DNA of 62,759 nucleotides, counting the filler, from Limisphaerales bacterium (lineage in GTDB: Bacteria; Verrucomicrobiota; Verrucomicrobiia; Limisphaerales; SIBE01), in assembly GCA_044225505.1 (NCBI GenBank). It is 5 parts of 5 records of this genome, joined end to end, with 100 filler letters (N's around TTAATTAATTAA, not from the genome) between each part and the next. Parts side by side here need not be neighbours in the genome. Positions count along the whole stretch, not along the records: positions 50,425 to 62,759 come from JBGAIN010000211.1; 4 more parts are not named here. One strand, 5' to 3'. Each line of letters starts with the position of its first letter. The first letter of the stretch is position 1. Below, piece after piece: positions 51,845 to 61,919 of this stretch. The translations under genes were made by a program, and so were the position numbers. Under the pieces are notes generated by a model. That model was not told the DNA's origin. It worked only from the letters and a program-made list of their open reading frames with translations, and did not search any database.

Positions 51845-52123
51845 CCTACGGTCGACGGGCTTACAGAAATACCAGTACGGCGCCGCCTCGCCAAATCCAA
51901 ATTGGCGCCTCGATCTCGACCTGCCGCTGGCGCAGTTCGGAGTTTCACCAACGACGTAGACGGACTGGCGCCCGAAGCTGAGTCGGCAAACTGCTCCGTT
52001 CCTTACATTGAATCTTCGCTTACTGCTCGGAGACGGCCAACGGGAAGGTGCTTCGCGGACGTTGGGGCTCGTCTTGCACAACGGGCCGTAGACTCATACA
52101 CTCCTTCGAGTCAAGAGCCGCGT

Positions 52124-52522
52124 ATGTCCTCCACACGTCAAGAGAAACTTACCCAGCGAATGGCTGCTCTAGGGATTAGCGACGACGACATCATTGAGTC
52201 GTTCACCCGATCTAGCGGTCCAGGAGGGCAGAATGTTAACAAAACGTCCTCTGCAGTGGTCGTCGCGCACCGGCCAACGGGCCTGCAAGTGCGCTGTGAG
52301 AAGGAACGGTCGCAGGCTCAAAACCGGCTCAAAGCTAGGGAATTGCTCGTGGACAAGATCTCTGAGTTCCACCGCGTGCGAGAAGCCGAGGCTAGGGCTG
52401 CGGCTGAAAAGCAGCGGCGTCGCACGCGCAAACGTTCCCGATCGGCCCAAAACCGTATCCTCCACGATAAAGCCCTCCAGTCCGCCCGCAAGCAGCGGCG
52501 ACGACGTCCTCCGGAAGAGTAA
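52124..52522 (+). CDS. Stand-alone GGQ peptidyl-tRNA hydrolase (ArfB/C12orf65-like)
   Basis: SSGPGGQNVNKT, RSQAQNR, long Arg/Lys-rich tail; no codon-recognition domain. Confidence 0.9.
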   Translation: MSSTRQEKLTQRMAALGISDDDIIESFTRSSGPGGQNVNKTSSAVVVAHRPTGLQVRCEKERSQAQNRLKARELLVDKISEFHRVREAEARAAAEKQRRRTRKRSRSAQNRILHDKALQSARKQRRRRPPEE

Positions 52523-52771
52523 CCCACTGGAGTCCTTGAAGCGTCGGTGGCCAGCGGAAAGATTTTTCAATTTTTTTGAAAGATCCCATCGGAAAACGAC
52601 GTATATCCCTCAAGAACCGTCAGTCCCGGGCGCGGGCTGGAGTCTTGGCGCATTTGCACCGAACCAAGCTGGACCCGTGCTCTAAGTGGTTTTTGCCACG
52701 GAGATTCGGACGGAAGCAGAAAACTGCGGAAGCCTGGGGCGTTAGGATAGGCTCGCCGCTTCTATCAGCCT

Positions 52772-53107
52772 ATGGCGCCGAAACGCATTCTAGTGGTCGA
52801 CGACGAACAGACCGTCCTGACCGTAATACGCCGAGCCTTAACCAACGATCACCATCAGGTGGAGACAGTTACGAACGCGGCAGAAGCTCTTTCCAGAATA
52901 GAGCAAAGTGCGTTCGACCTGGCGCTTATCGACCTGAACATGCCTCACGTTCGCGGAGATGTCCTGATCCGTGAGATTCTGCTTCGAAAACCTCAACTTA
53001 GAATTCTCCTGATGACAGGGAGCTTGATGGACGCCTGCCCGCCCGGGGCCGCGGGCATGCTTGTCAAACCGTTTACGGTCCAGGAACTGCGGGATCGGAT
53101 TGCGTGA
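52772..53107 (+). CDS. Single-domain response regulator
   Basis: ILVVDD, IDLNMP, MTG, KPF. Confidence 0.88.
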   Translation: MAPKRILVVDDEQTVLTVIRRALTNDHHQVETVTNAAEALSRIEQSAFDLALIDLNMPHVRGDVLIREILLRKPQLRILLMTGSLMDACPPGAAGMLVKPFTVQELRDRIA

Positions 53108-53119
53108 GGGTCAGCCGCT

Positions 53120-53356
53120 TTGGCCGGGCTTTCGGATGGTCTGGAGGCCCAACTCAAACCACACCAAATTCTTGTAACGGTCGTCGTGTCCGGGCTAATG
53201 AGAACCGGCTCGCCTCCGAACGCTCAGTTCAAGGGAAAACATCGCGAAGAATACGCCTGGTTTTCGTTGTGTCATGCCATGCCGCTCCTGTCTGGCAACG
53301 TCGAATGGGCTGCTGGCCGAATCATTCGGGCGTGCCAGAGGGGCACTCCAGGCTAA
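53120..53356 (+). pseudogene. C-terminal fragment of an SDR oxidoreductase
   Basis: GLSDGL..QL..I.VT.V..GLMRTGSP.NAQFKG.HREEYAWF; no Rossmann N-terminus. Confidence 0.65.
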
Positions 53357-53413
53357 CCACGCTTTCAGATAGGGCGACCATCACGAACAGCGAATTGACA
53401 TCGCACGCCTGAG

Positions 53414-54901
53414 TCAAAGCCGATACAACAAGACAGGACTGCCCACTGCCAGCAGATTTCCGATGGCATGACACACGATACTGGGCCATAAGCTCCGTGC
53501 TCTCTCGTATGCCCAACACCAAACGAGCCCGCTCCAAAAAATGACCAGAAATCCCTGGATCGAATACCCATGGGCTGCCGCAAAAATTACTGAGCAAGCG
53601 CACGCTGCGAAGAAAGGATTCAGATGCCGCCTGAAGGTCGTATAGATGATTCCACGGAACAGGACTTCTTCGATTAACGGAGCCCAAACCACGGCGTCAA
53701 CCATCGAGACAAAAACTTCCAGCCAGGAGTCAAACAATAATTCTGGCGGCACCGATTCGACGAGTTCCTGACTGCCCGTTGAGTGGAGAATTACGCCGAT
53801 TGCAAATTCGCCGACCACGACTAGGGCCAAGCAGGCAAGCGCCCAGGGAGCTAAGCGTCCGAGGCCGGTTTGACGAACGGATAGTCCAAATGCGGAAAGG
53901 AGGTTGCCATCTCCCGACCTAGCGAGTGATGTTTGCGCAAACCAGAAGAGGGGGACGGCCGATAAAAGCGTTGCCACACCGCTGATCCAAAAGGAGTAAT
54001 CGCTGAGGATGCTCAGACCTCCGGCGACCACTAGCCCAGCTACTGCGCCACGAACCACGACGGCGTAGCCGTGCCTGGCTGTCCAGGAGCTGATCGCGTT
54101 GCCTGTGCTGACCGGCCCAAGAACAACCGGGCGCCGGAAGGACCAGAGGAGCGTCAAAGAACCCGCCGCGAGCAATAAGAGGTTGACGACCGAGAGGGCA
54201 CTGATTCGGCGATGCCACCGGCGTGCGCGGTCCAGCAAACGGTCAGACACAGCTTCAAGCCGTTTGGGGTCAGAGTGGGCAGCGGCTTGCCGGGCTTCCA
54301 TGCGGTCCACGACCCACTCCGGAGTCAGGTTCCTAGATCGGAGCGCAGCGACGAATTCCATTGGTTTTCCCCGATAGGCAACCTGAAACGACGCTTGGAA
54401 TTCGGCTGTCTCGCCGGAAGGATTTAATTGCTCTAACTGCGTTTCCGCCTCTCTTAGCTTTCCGGCTTCCGCCAGCATGATCGCAAGCTTTTCGTGCACA
54501 CGGTCAGATGCCGGTAAAGCACCTCGGTCGATGAACTCACGGTAGATGCGGACGGACTCCGACAGAGCATCCGACGGTTCGGAAACGTTCCAATGATTGA
54601 TCCACCGTTGCCAGACGGCCAATTGATTTATGGTAGAGGCACAATCGAGATCGCGACCCAAGATACGGTCCAAGTATCTTTCGGGAGACGGAACCAGCAG
54701 GGCTCGATTCTGTGGCACCGACCAAAAAACGAATCCGAGCCCCACCATGAGCAGGACCGTCCAAAACACTGTGGCGACGGACGAGAACTGAGGTTCATGG
54801 GGAGCCGGCACTGTCGGGCCGGGAGTGATCGCCGTCACAAGAGGTGACGCCGGCGAGGTGTCGTCTCCGGTAGGCGAGCCGGAATTCTCCACGAGCGACA
54901 T
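53414..54901 (-). CDS. CPBP/Abi (CAAX) family intramembrane metalloprotease with a helical N-terminal domain
   Basis: APLIEEVLFRG, FAAAH, SIVCHAIGN. Confidence 0.9.
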   Translation of the reverse strand: MSLVENSGSPTGDDTSPASPLVTAITPGPTVPAPHEPQFSSVATVFWTVLLMVGLGFVFWSVPQNRALLVPSPERYLDRILGRDLDCASTINQLAVWQRWINHWNVSEPSDALSESVRIYREFIDRGALPASDRVHEKLAIMLAEAGKLREAETQLEQLNPSGETAEFQASFQVAYRGKPMEFVAALRSRNLTPEWVVDRMEARQAAAHSDPKRLEAVSDRLLDRARRWHRRISALSVVNLLLLAAGSLTLLWSFRRPVVLGPVSTGNAISSWTARHGYAVVVRGAVAGLVVAGGLSILSDYSFWISGVATLLSAVPLFWFAQTSLARSGDGNLLSAFGLSVRQTGLGRLAPWALACLALVVVGEFAIGVILHSTGSQELVESVPPELLFDSWLEVFVSMVDAVVWAPLIEEVLFRGIIYTTFRRHLNPFFAACACSVIFAAAHGYSIQGFLVIFWSGLVWCWAYERARSLWPSIVCHAIGNLLAVGSPVLLYRL

Positions 54902-54992
54902 GACTTCGAGATAGTGAGGGAACAGCGGCGTTCCAGACGAGCAGAAAACGATATGTCCTTGTTGTTGGGCACGTCCGAACTACAATAGTGGC

Positions 54993-55673
54993 ATGAAGCA
55001 TGCCGGAAGAGCCAGGCAAGCAGGTCTTGTAGTGGTATTTTCAACGCTAGCGATTGCAGGCGTTGCGATCGGGCTTTGCTGGTGGCTGGCCGGCCGCTTT
55101 GCGGTGCCCGCCGCTATTGGGCTTGGCGTGGTGTGGTTGATTTTATGCATCTTTACTCTGAGCTTCTTCCGGGACCCGGAGGCCACCGTTCCAACCGATC
55201 CGACCGCGGTTGTTTCGCCGGCGCATGGTACGGTGGACTTAATTGACGATGCCTCGGAAACTGTGATTATGGGCGGGGCTTGCCGCCGCATTTCGATCTT
55301 CCTGTCGGTCTTCGACGTGCATATCCAGAACGCTCCGATAAGCGGACGGATCGCTTATTTAAAGCATACGCCCGGTAAGTTTGTGAACGCCATGCGAAGC
55401 GATTGCGGGAGCTACAACGAAAATGTTCTTATCGGAATTGAGTCAAGCGAAGTTGCCGGGGAAAAGGTCGGGGTTCGGCTTATCGCCGGATTGATCGCTC
55501 GGAGAATTGTTCCGTGGGTCCGCCAGGGGGACGCGGTTGCCAAAGGCGAACGGACCAGCTTGATCCAGTTCGGTTCGCGCGTAGATATTTATCTGCCAAA
55601 GACTGCCCGGGTTGAGGTGAAACTGGGACAAAAAGTTGTTGGTGGAGAAACGATCATTGCCGTTCGCGCTTGA
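54993..55673 (+). CDS. psd: Phosphatidylserine decarboxylase
   Basis: FFRDP, SPAHG, IFLSVFDVH, AGLIARRI, IQFGSRVD autocleavage site. Confidence 0.95.
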   Translation: MKHAGRARQAGLVVVFSTLAIAGVAIGLCWWLAGRFAVPAAIGLGVVWLILCIFTLSFFRDPEATVPTDPTAVVSPAHGTVDLIDDASETVIMGGACRRISIFLSVFDVHIQNAPISGRIAYLKHTPGKFVNAMRSDCGSYNENVLIGIESSEVAGEKVGVRLIAGLIARRIVPWVRQGDAVAKGERTSLIQFGSRVDIYLPKTARVEVKLGQKVVGGETIIAVRA

Positions 55674-55677
55674 AAAT

Positions 55678-56540
55678 ATGGCATCTCAACCCAACGAACC
55701 TGCGTCCGACTCTGTGGACCCCAGTCGGCTGAAGATCTATTTCTTGCCCAATTTAATGACGGCAGGGAATCTGTTTTGCGGTTTCGCGGCGTTGACCAAG
55801 ATTGTCGAAGCGGATATTGCGGCAGCCAATTTTACGTCCGTCATTCGGCATGCTCTGTTTTTTCATTCTTCTAGCTTGTATATTTGACTTGCTAGACGGG
55901 CGATTGGCGCGCATGGGCGGCTCGGAGAGCCCTTTTGGACGTGAGTTTGATTCATTGGCCGACCTTATCTCGTTTGGCGTCGCACCCGGCTTTTCTCGTT
56001 CATCGAATCGTGTTTGTGGTCGTCTTTGTGCAGTGACTGGAGGTCGGTTGGTTTATCGCTTCGGTTTATGTCATTTGCGGCGCCCTTCGCCTGGCCCGAT
56101 TTAACTGTTTGGCTGCCATGGCCGGATCGGGCGGTGGCAAGGAGTTCTTGGGTTTTCCGATACCAGCGGCGGCGGGGTTGGTGGCCTCGCTGACCCTGTT
56201 CCTGGTTTGGTGGGATGATCGTGGATTTGCGAAGGGGAATTGGAGGTATGTCTTACCCGTCATCATGATCTTTCTGTCTGTCATGATGATCAGCGAGGTT
56301 AAGTATCCCTCGTTTAAGAAACTGGATCTGAGAGCCACCCGGCCGTTTACAAAAACGGTCATGGCAATTCTCTTTATCGGGTTGCTCGTCATCCTGCGTG
56401 GTCTGATTCTGCCATTTATCCTTCCGTTGATCTTTACGGCTTACTTAATTTATGGCTTCATCCGGCCACGCATCTCACGTCAGATGCGACGGGAAATTGA
56501 AGATGAGGATGATGATGAAGCCAGCGAGCAGGTATCTTGA
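55678..56540 (+). CDS. pssA: CDP-diacylglycerol-serine O-phosphatidyltransferase; two frameshifts and one internal stop
   Basis: LPNLMTAGNLFCGF, FDLLDGRLAR..FDSLADLISFGVAP, LRLARFN, FLGFPIPAAA spread over three frames. Confidence 0.88.
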
Positions 56541-56546
56541 TCCGGC

Positions 56547-57209
56547 ATGGGGGATTTGAACGTTATTTTGTCCGCTTTTACGATTGGCGTTATCAGCGGT
56601 TTCTTGATCTCCATCCCGGTGGGTCCAATTAATTTGGCCATCATCAATGAAGGCGCCAAACGTGGGTTCCGGTGGGGCGTGCTGATCGGATTTGGCGCGA
56701 TCGCGATGGATATCATCTACTGCGGAATCGCTTTCGCCGGATTCTCCGGCATGTTCACAACTCGGCTGCTTCGCGCAACGATCGAGTTGCTCAGCTTCCT
56801 GGCTTTGCTCTACCTGGGGATTAAATACATGCAGGCGACGCATCTTCCCGCGACGACCAAGGGAGTGGAACTAGTGGAGCATAAACTCCATCCCCACACA
56901 GCGTTCACAATAGGTTTTGTGCGCGTGCTCGGGAATCCCGCCGTCCTGCTCTTCTGGATCACCCTCTCCGCGTCATTTATGTCGCACGAATGGGTCGATG
57001 ACACATGGACCAGCAAGGGAGCGTGCGTGGTGGGAATGGCGGCAGGCGCGTTCGCCTGGTTCGTCCTCCTGAGCTTCCTCGTCTCGCTCGGACACGGTCG
57101 ATTCTCAGCTAAGAGTCTCGTCCGGATGTCGCATATCTCAGGAGCTTGTCTCCTCGCCGCTGCTTTGGTGGTCGGCGTCCGACTGATCCGGTTGCTCGCC
57201 CATCGCTAG
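56547..57209 (+). CDS. LysE family translocator
   Basis: IPVGPIN..G...GF..G, GF...LGNP..LLFW; six TMs. Confidence 0.88.
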   Translation: MGDLNVILSAFTIGVISGFLISIPVGPINLAIINEGAKRGFRWGVLIGFGAIAMDIIYCGIAFAGFSGMFTTRLLRATIELLSFLALLYLGIKYMQATHLPATTKGVELVEHKLHPHTAFTIGFVRVLGNPAVLLFWITLSASFMSHEWVDDTWTSKGACVVGMAAGAFAWFVLLSFLVSLGHGRFSAKSLVRMSHISGACLLAAALVVGVRLIRLLAHR

Positions 57210-58016
57210 CCGGTGCTGAGGATTGCCATACCTCCGGAGATACTTGACCGCCACGGTAATGTCTTTCGGCCACGCGGCCGTGATCGTCACTGTCTGCTGG
57301 GTGGCGGGATGCTCCAAGCTAAGCTGCGCGGCGTGCAAGGCCACTCGATCCAGAAGGGGGCGCTCGATTTGATCGCGTTTCAGACGATACCCTTCTTTCA
57401 ATTTCGAGAGCAGCAATGGTTTTCCGCCATATAACTGATCTCCGACAATGGGAAGCCGTAGCGACTGCAAATGGACTCGGATCTGATGGGTCCGCCCGGT
57501 GCGCGGTTGGCATTCCAGCAAGGTGTAGCGATCGAAACGCTCCGTGACCTGGAAACGCGTGGACGCGCGCTTGCCATGCTTCTCATCGATTCGCATTAAG
57601 CCTATTTTCGACGGGTGCGGCCCTAGCTTTCTCGCGACCTCAAAGCTTTCTTCATTTGGGCTGCCGTGCACTAGTGCGACGTATCGCTTTGACGGCTTTT
57701 CAGATCCAAAGAGATTCGCCAACGCGACCAGGGTTGGTTTGTCCCGCGCCATCAAAATGACGCCGCTCGTTTCGAAGTCCAAGCGGTGCGCATTAGCAAT
57801 ATACTGAACCCCCATCGCTTCGACCCAACTCGCATTCCGAGCCACGTCTCTGTGCAGGAGCTTCATCAAGTTCGGCCGGTCCGGATCGTACCGATCTGGG
57901 GATGTTAAGAGGCGGCTCGGCTTGTCTAGAGCAAGCAACTGCGCGTCCTCATAGAGAACGGGGATCTCCCAGAAACCCTTCGTTTCTGGGGCGGAAAGTT
58001 TGATAATGCGTCCCAT
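57138..58016 (-). CDS. RluA family pseudouridine synthase
   Basis: LDKPS, HRLDFETSG, TGRTHQIRVH, IVGD.LYG, ALHA. Confidence 0.93.
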   Translation of the reverse strand: MGRIIKLSAPETKGFWEIPVLYEDAQLLALDKPSRLLTSPDRYDPDRPNLMKLLHRDVARNASWVEAMGVQYIANAHRLDFETSGVILMARDKPTLVALANLFGSEKPSKRYVALVHGSPNEESFEVARKLGPHPSKIGLMRIDEKHGKRASTRFQVTERFDRYTLLECQPRTGRTHQIRVHLQSLRLPIVGDQLYGGKPLLLSKLKEGYRLKRDQIERPLLDRVALHAAQLSLEHPATQQTVTITAAWPKDITVAVKYLRRYGNPQHRLAMGEQPDQSDADHQSSGEETSS

Positions 58017-58068
58017 GTGACCATGCGACCGCGGATCGAAACGTTTTGGCTCAGCCTGGGCGCCGGGC

Positions 58069-59748
58069 TCAACGAGCACTGGCGCTCTTTTTGTCCCCCG
58101 GAAGGCTGATCCGCGCGGTATCCATTTCTTTCCGGAACCAATCAGAAAATGCCTGGTACTGCCGAGATTGTCTCAGGCTTTTGAGGAATTCGGGCAGCTC
58201 CGCTTGGAGTTTTGTATCCGCGACGGGAAGGACACTGCGGACATGGATAACAAATCCACCGGTTCTGGTAGGGATGAAAGGGGACACTTTGCCAGGCGAG
58301 ACATTAAACGCCGTGCTGACGAGCAGGGACGAATCACTGCTGTTGGGAATACCCGGGAGTGTGGTCGTTTTCCGTGAAAACGGAGCCAAGAGGACCGGGC
58401 TCACGCCTTTTTCGGCGGCGATGGATTCAAAGGTCTTCCCTTGGGCGAGGCCGTTGGTAAGTGCGGTTTGCAGTTCTCGACCTGCGGCCCTAGCGAGTTC
58501 CAACGCCCGACTATTTTGATAATCTTGAGTAACTCGATCTTGCATGGATTCGAGTGGGGGAATCTGGCTGGGAATGCGGCCCTTCAACGCCACGATATAA
58601 ATGCCGTCGTCCCCTTGCAGCGGTTGTTCGGCAAACGGTTCGTCGTTGGACAATTTGGTTGCGACCTGGGAAAACGCTGGCGGCACCTTCATGTTGGAAG
58701 GAGTCTGATACGGGCCAAACGGCTCGCTCACTTCACTCACCAATCCTTTTGCGGCGGCTAGACTCTCCAACGCGTTGGTCTTTTCCTTCATCTCGAACAA
58801 CTCATTAGCGAAGGCCACAGCTTTTCGTCGGGCTTCCTCCATGGCCGCAGCTTCGCGAATCTCCTCACGGATCTTCTGTTTGGCTTCGGCTGGCGGCAAC
58901 GGTTGGTTGCTGGCATCGTGGAACGCGTTCGTGCCTCGTTGCAGATACGTCGCTTCGACATATTGGTTCAGATTGGTGTTCTTAGCGAGTTCCTGATCTG
59001 CCTCCGCGAGATAATTACTGGTCGCGAATTTTACGAAACTGACCAGTGTTTTTTCGGGGATCCGATAGCTAGCCAAGTGATTCGTAAAGTACGCCGCAAC
59101 CGAACTTGGGTCCGTCGTGACTTGTGCGATATAGTTCGAGCTGCTAACGAAGACCGCGGTCGCTTCCATTTCTTCATTTTGCTGGCGGAAGAGCGTTTCG
59201 GCTTCCTGCGGCGTTACGAGTTTGCCAGCGGTTCCAGCCAAAGCGACCAGATGTTGGATGGCGACCTCATGCCGTGCGAAGCGTTCGAAATCGCTCTGGC
59301 TTAAGCCGCGGCTCGGCAGGACGTTCTTAAGGAAATTCCGATAGGTCTCTTCGCGAAATGATTTGTCGGTGCGGTCGCGAAACGCATCCATGATCCACTG
59401 GGCGACCGCTGGTTCGGTGACCTGGATGTTGAGCTCGTTCAGTTTTTCGAGCAGGAGCAAGCGTTGTCGAGTTTCGCGCTCGATCACATTTCCAGCTTGG
59501 CGCGCTGTGTCATTGCCAGGCCAGTCACCATAGCTGAATAAGTAGCGCAATTCCGCCTCGCGGTAAGCGCCGGCGTACTCGTCGCGGTTGATGCCACGGC
59601 CGTTAATCGAGCCGACTTGGTCTCGTGGCCCGGTCCACCCGGCCTGTTTACGGCGTTGCGGGCTGAAGAACGCCACAAAGCTTACGATGGTGACAGTGCT
59701 CACCACGATCCAAAGCCACTTTTGATGCCGCCGAATTGTTCCAAACAT
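58069..59748 (-). CDS. SurA-N/PpiD-like membrane-anchored chaperone
   Basis: MFGTIRR-TM, VGSINGRGI, PpiD-like layout. Confidence 0.8.
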   Translation of the reverse strand: MFGTIRRHQKWLWIVVSTVTIVSFVAFFSPQRRKQAGWTGPRDQVGSINGRGINRDEYAGAYREAELRYLFSYGDWPGNDTARQAGNVIERETRQRLLLLEKLNELNIQVTEPAVAQWIMDAFRDRTDKSFREETYRNFLKNVLPSRGLSQSDFERFARHEVAIQHLVALAGTAGKLVTPQEAETLFRQQNEEMEATAVFVSSSNYIAQVTTDPSSVAAYFTNHLASYRIPEKTLVSFVKFATSNYLAEADQELAKNTNLNQYVEATYLQRGTNAFHDASNQPLPPAEAKQKIREEIREAAAMEEARRKAVAFANELFEMKEKTNALESLAAAKGLVSEVSEPFGPYQTPSNMKVPPAFSQVATKLSNDEPFAEQPLQGDDGIYIVALKGRIPSQIPPLESMQDRVTQDYQNSRALELARAAGRELQTALTNGLAQGKTFESIAAEKGVSPVLLAPFSRKTTTLPGIPNSSDSSLLVSTAFNVSPGKVSPFIPTRTGGFVIHVRSVLPVADTKLQAELPEFLKSLRQSRQYQAFSDWFRKEMDTARISLPGDKKSASAR

Positions 59749-59850
59749 AACTACTTTCTAGTGATTCAGGGGCGCAACGTAACCATCTTGGCCAAGCACG
59801 GTCAAACGTAAAACTTAAGCCAAATCCAAACTTTACACTCGGATGGGCTT

Positions 59851-60297
59851 ATGCAACGCTCCGCTCCAGGTATGAAGATGAAGCTTCTGTCGCTCGGCTC
59901 TGTTGTGCTCTCTTCGCTGTTTTTAGCTGGTTGCACTACCACAATTACTAATCTCACCCCGAGTACGCAAAAGCGAAATAAAGACGCTTTGTACCCGGTC
60001 GAAGTCGTTTTTGACACGCGCCAGAGTGTCATCCGACGTGACACCCTTACCCCTTACGTGCTGGTGGGGAGCCAGATTTACCCCATGCAACGGACCCTCG
60101 ATCTGAAAAATCGCTGGGAAACCCTAGTCCCAGTTCCGCCGGACAAGGAATACGTCAATTATCGCTTCAAATTCGACTACGATTACAAGAGCATTCCCCG
60201 CCCGAAACCCGGCAGCATACTGTCCGTTCCCTACCAAATGCAAATCCTGGATCGATTGCCGCCCGCGACAACGGCACGCACCGCCGCGACCAAATAA
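59851..60297 (+). CDS. Hypothetical lipoprotein
   Basis: Signal peptide ending in an LAGC lipobox. Confidence 0.75.
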   Translation: MQRSAPGMKMKLLSLGSVVLSSLFLAGCTTTITNLTPSTQKRNKDALYPVEVVFDTRQSVIRRDTLTPYVLVGSQIYPMQRTLDLKNRWETLVPVPPDKEYVNYRFKFDYDYKSIPRPKPGSILSVPYQMQILDRLPPATTARTAATK

Positions 60298-60348
60298 CTA
60301 TTGCCCATCGGCCGCCGGGGAGATCGAATTCCTCGCGGGTCCTGGTCC

Positions 60349-61857
60349 TTAGGCCTTGCTCGCCGCTGCTAGTTCCTCTTCGAAATCGACGATCTCTTTG
60401 ATCTGCGCCAGAAACCACCGATCAATCTTCGTCAATCCAAAGATCTCTTCAATCGTGAAGCCAGCTCGGAAAGCGTGACGGATAAAGAAGATTCGCTCGG
60501 AGTTGGGCACGCTTAGCTTGTTCGAAATAACTTCGCGCGGAAGAATGTCGCGGTCGCCGTAGACCGTCGCCCCGACCCGCCACGGCTTCCCATCGCCACC
60601 TAGCCCATAACGGCCGATTTCGAGTGAACGCAGGGCTTTCTGAAGGGATTCCTTAAAGGTCCGCCCGATTGCCATTGCTTCGCCCACCGATTTCATCTGG
60701 GTATTCAGCGTCGGATCAGCTTGTGGAAACTTCTCAAACGCAAAGCGCGGCACTTTGACGACGACATAATCAATGGTCGGTTCAAAACTGGCGGGCGTTT
60801 CCCTCGTAATATCATTCCGAATCTCGTCCAAGAGATAACCCACGGCCAACTTCGCTGCGATCTTGGCGATCGGAAATCCAGTGGCTTTCGATGCCAAAGC
60901 CGAGGAACGGGAGACGCGCGGATTCATCTCGATGATGACCATGCGCCCGTTGTCGGGGTTTACCGCAAATTGAATATTGGAACCGCCCGTTTCAACTCCG
61001 ACCGCGCGGATCACGGCGAATGAGGCGTCGCGCATGATCTGGTATTCTTTGTCGGTTAACGTCTGAATCGGGGCGACCGTGATGGAATCGCCGGTATGCA
61101 CTCCCATCGGATCGAAGTTCTCGATCGAGCAGATAATCACGCAGTTGTCAGCCCGGTCTCGCATGACTTCCATCTCGTATTCTTTCCAACCCAGCAGCGA
61201 TTCTTCGATCAGGATTTCCGACACAGGCGATAATTCGAGCCCACGTTTTGATAATTCCTCAAATTCCTCACGGTTGTACGCGATGCCTCCTCCCGTCCCG
61301 CCAAGCGTAAACGCGGGCCGGATAATAAGAGGATAACGGCCGATTCTTTCGCCAACCGCTCGTGCCTCCTCGACAGTATGAGCAGTGCCGCTGATGGGGA
61401 CGTCAAGGCCAATGGAAATCATCAGGTCTTTGAACACTTGGCGGTCTTCCCCTCGTTCGATGGCCCCCGCATTGGCACCGATCATCTCGACACCGTAATT
61501 TTTCAACGTCCCCCGACGATTCAGGGCCATCGCGGTGTTTAACGCGGTCTGGCCACCCAGGGTCGGCAAAAGAACTAATTTGCCAACCGCACCCAGGCGC
61601 GTCATCTCTTGCACTTCCCGATCAATGACTTTCTCGACGCACTCCGGCGTAATGGGTTCGATATAAGTGCGATCCGCAAATTCCGGATCGGTCATGATCG
61701 TGGCCGGGTTAGAGTTGACGAGGACGATTCGATACCCTTCTTCGCGTAAGGCCTTGCAGGCCTGGGTTCCCGAATAGTCGAATTCACACGCTTGACCGAT
61801 GACAATCGGGCCGGCGCCGATAATGAGCACGGAGTGTATGTCTGTCCGCTTAGGCAT
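60349..61857 (-). CDS. carB: Carbamoyl-phosphate synthase large subunit, N-terminal half only
   Basis: [42 protein letters not shown]; ends after IDRWFL..EEEL at 502 aa. Confidence 0.95.
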   Translation of the reverse strand: MPKRTDIHSVLIIGAGPIVIGQACEFDYSGTQACKALREEGYRIVLVNSNPATIMTDPEFADRTYIEPITPECVEKVIDREVQEMTRLGAVGKLVLLPTLGGQTALNTAMALNRRGTLKNYGVEMIGANAGAIERGEDRQVFKDLMISIGLDVPISGTAHTVEEARAVGERIGRYPLIIRPAFTLGGTGGGIAYNREEFEELSKRGLELSPVSEILIEESLLGWKEYEMEVMRDRADNCVIICSIENFDPMGVHTGDSITVAPIQTLTDKEYQIMRDASFAVIRAVGVETGGSNIQFAVNPDNGRMVIIEMNPRVSRSSALASKATGFPIAKIAAKLAVGYLLDEIRNDITRETPASFEPTIDYVVVKVPRFAFEKFPQADPTLNTQMKSVGEAMAIGRTFKESLQKALRSLEIGRYGLGGDGKPWRVGATVYGDRDILPREVISNKLSVPNSERIFFIRHAFRAGFTIEEIFGLTKIDRWFLAQIKEIVDFEEELAAASKA

Positions 61858-61919
61858 AAAAGACCACGGCGACTAAACGGCATTCTGGTCGCCTTGTCAG
61901 TTTTTTTCTCGGCGAGAGT

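Noticed and set aside
56034..56036. In-frame TGA in pssA as selenocysteine or recoding
   Set aside because: It lies in a segment with neighbouring frameshifts at a non-catalytic position, and TGA is used as a normal stop elsewhere in the window.
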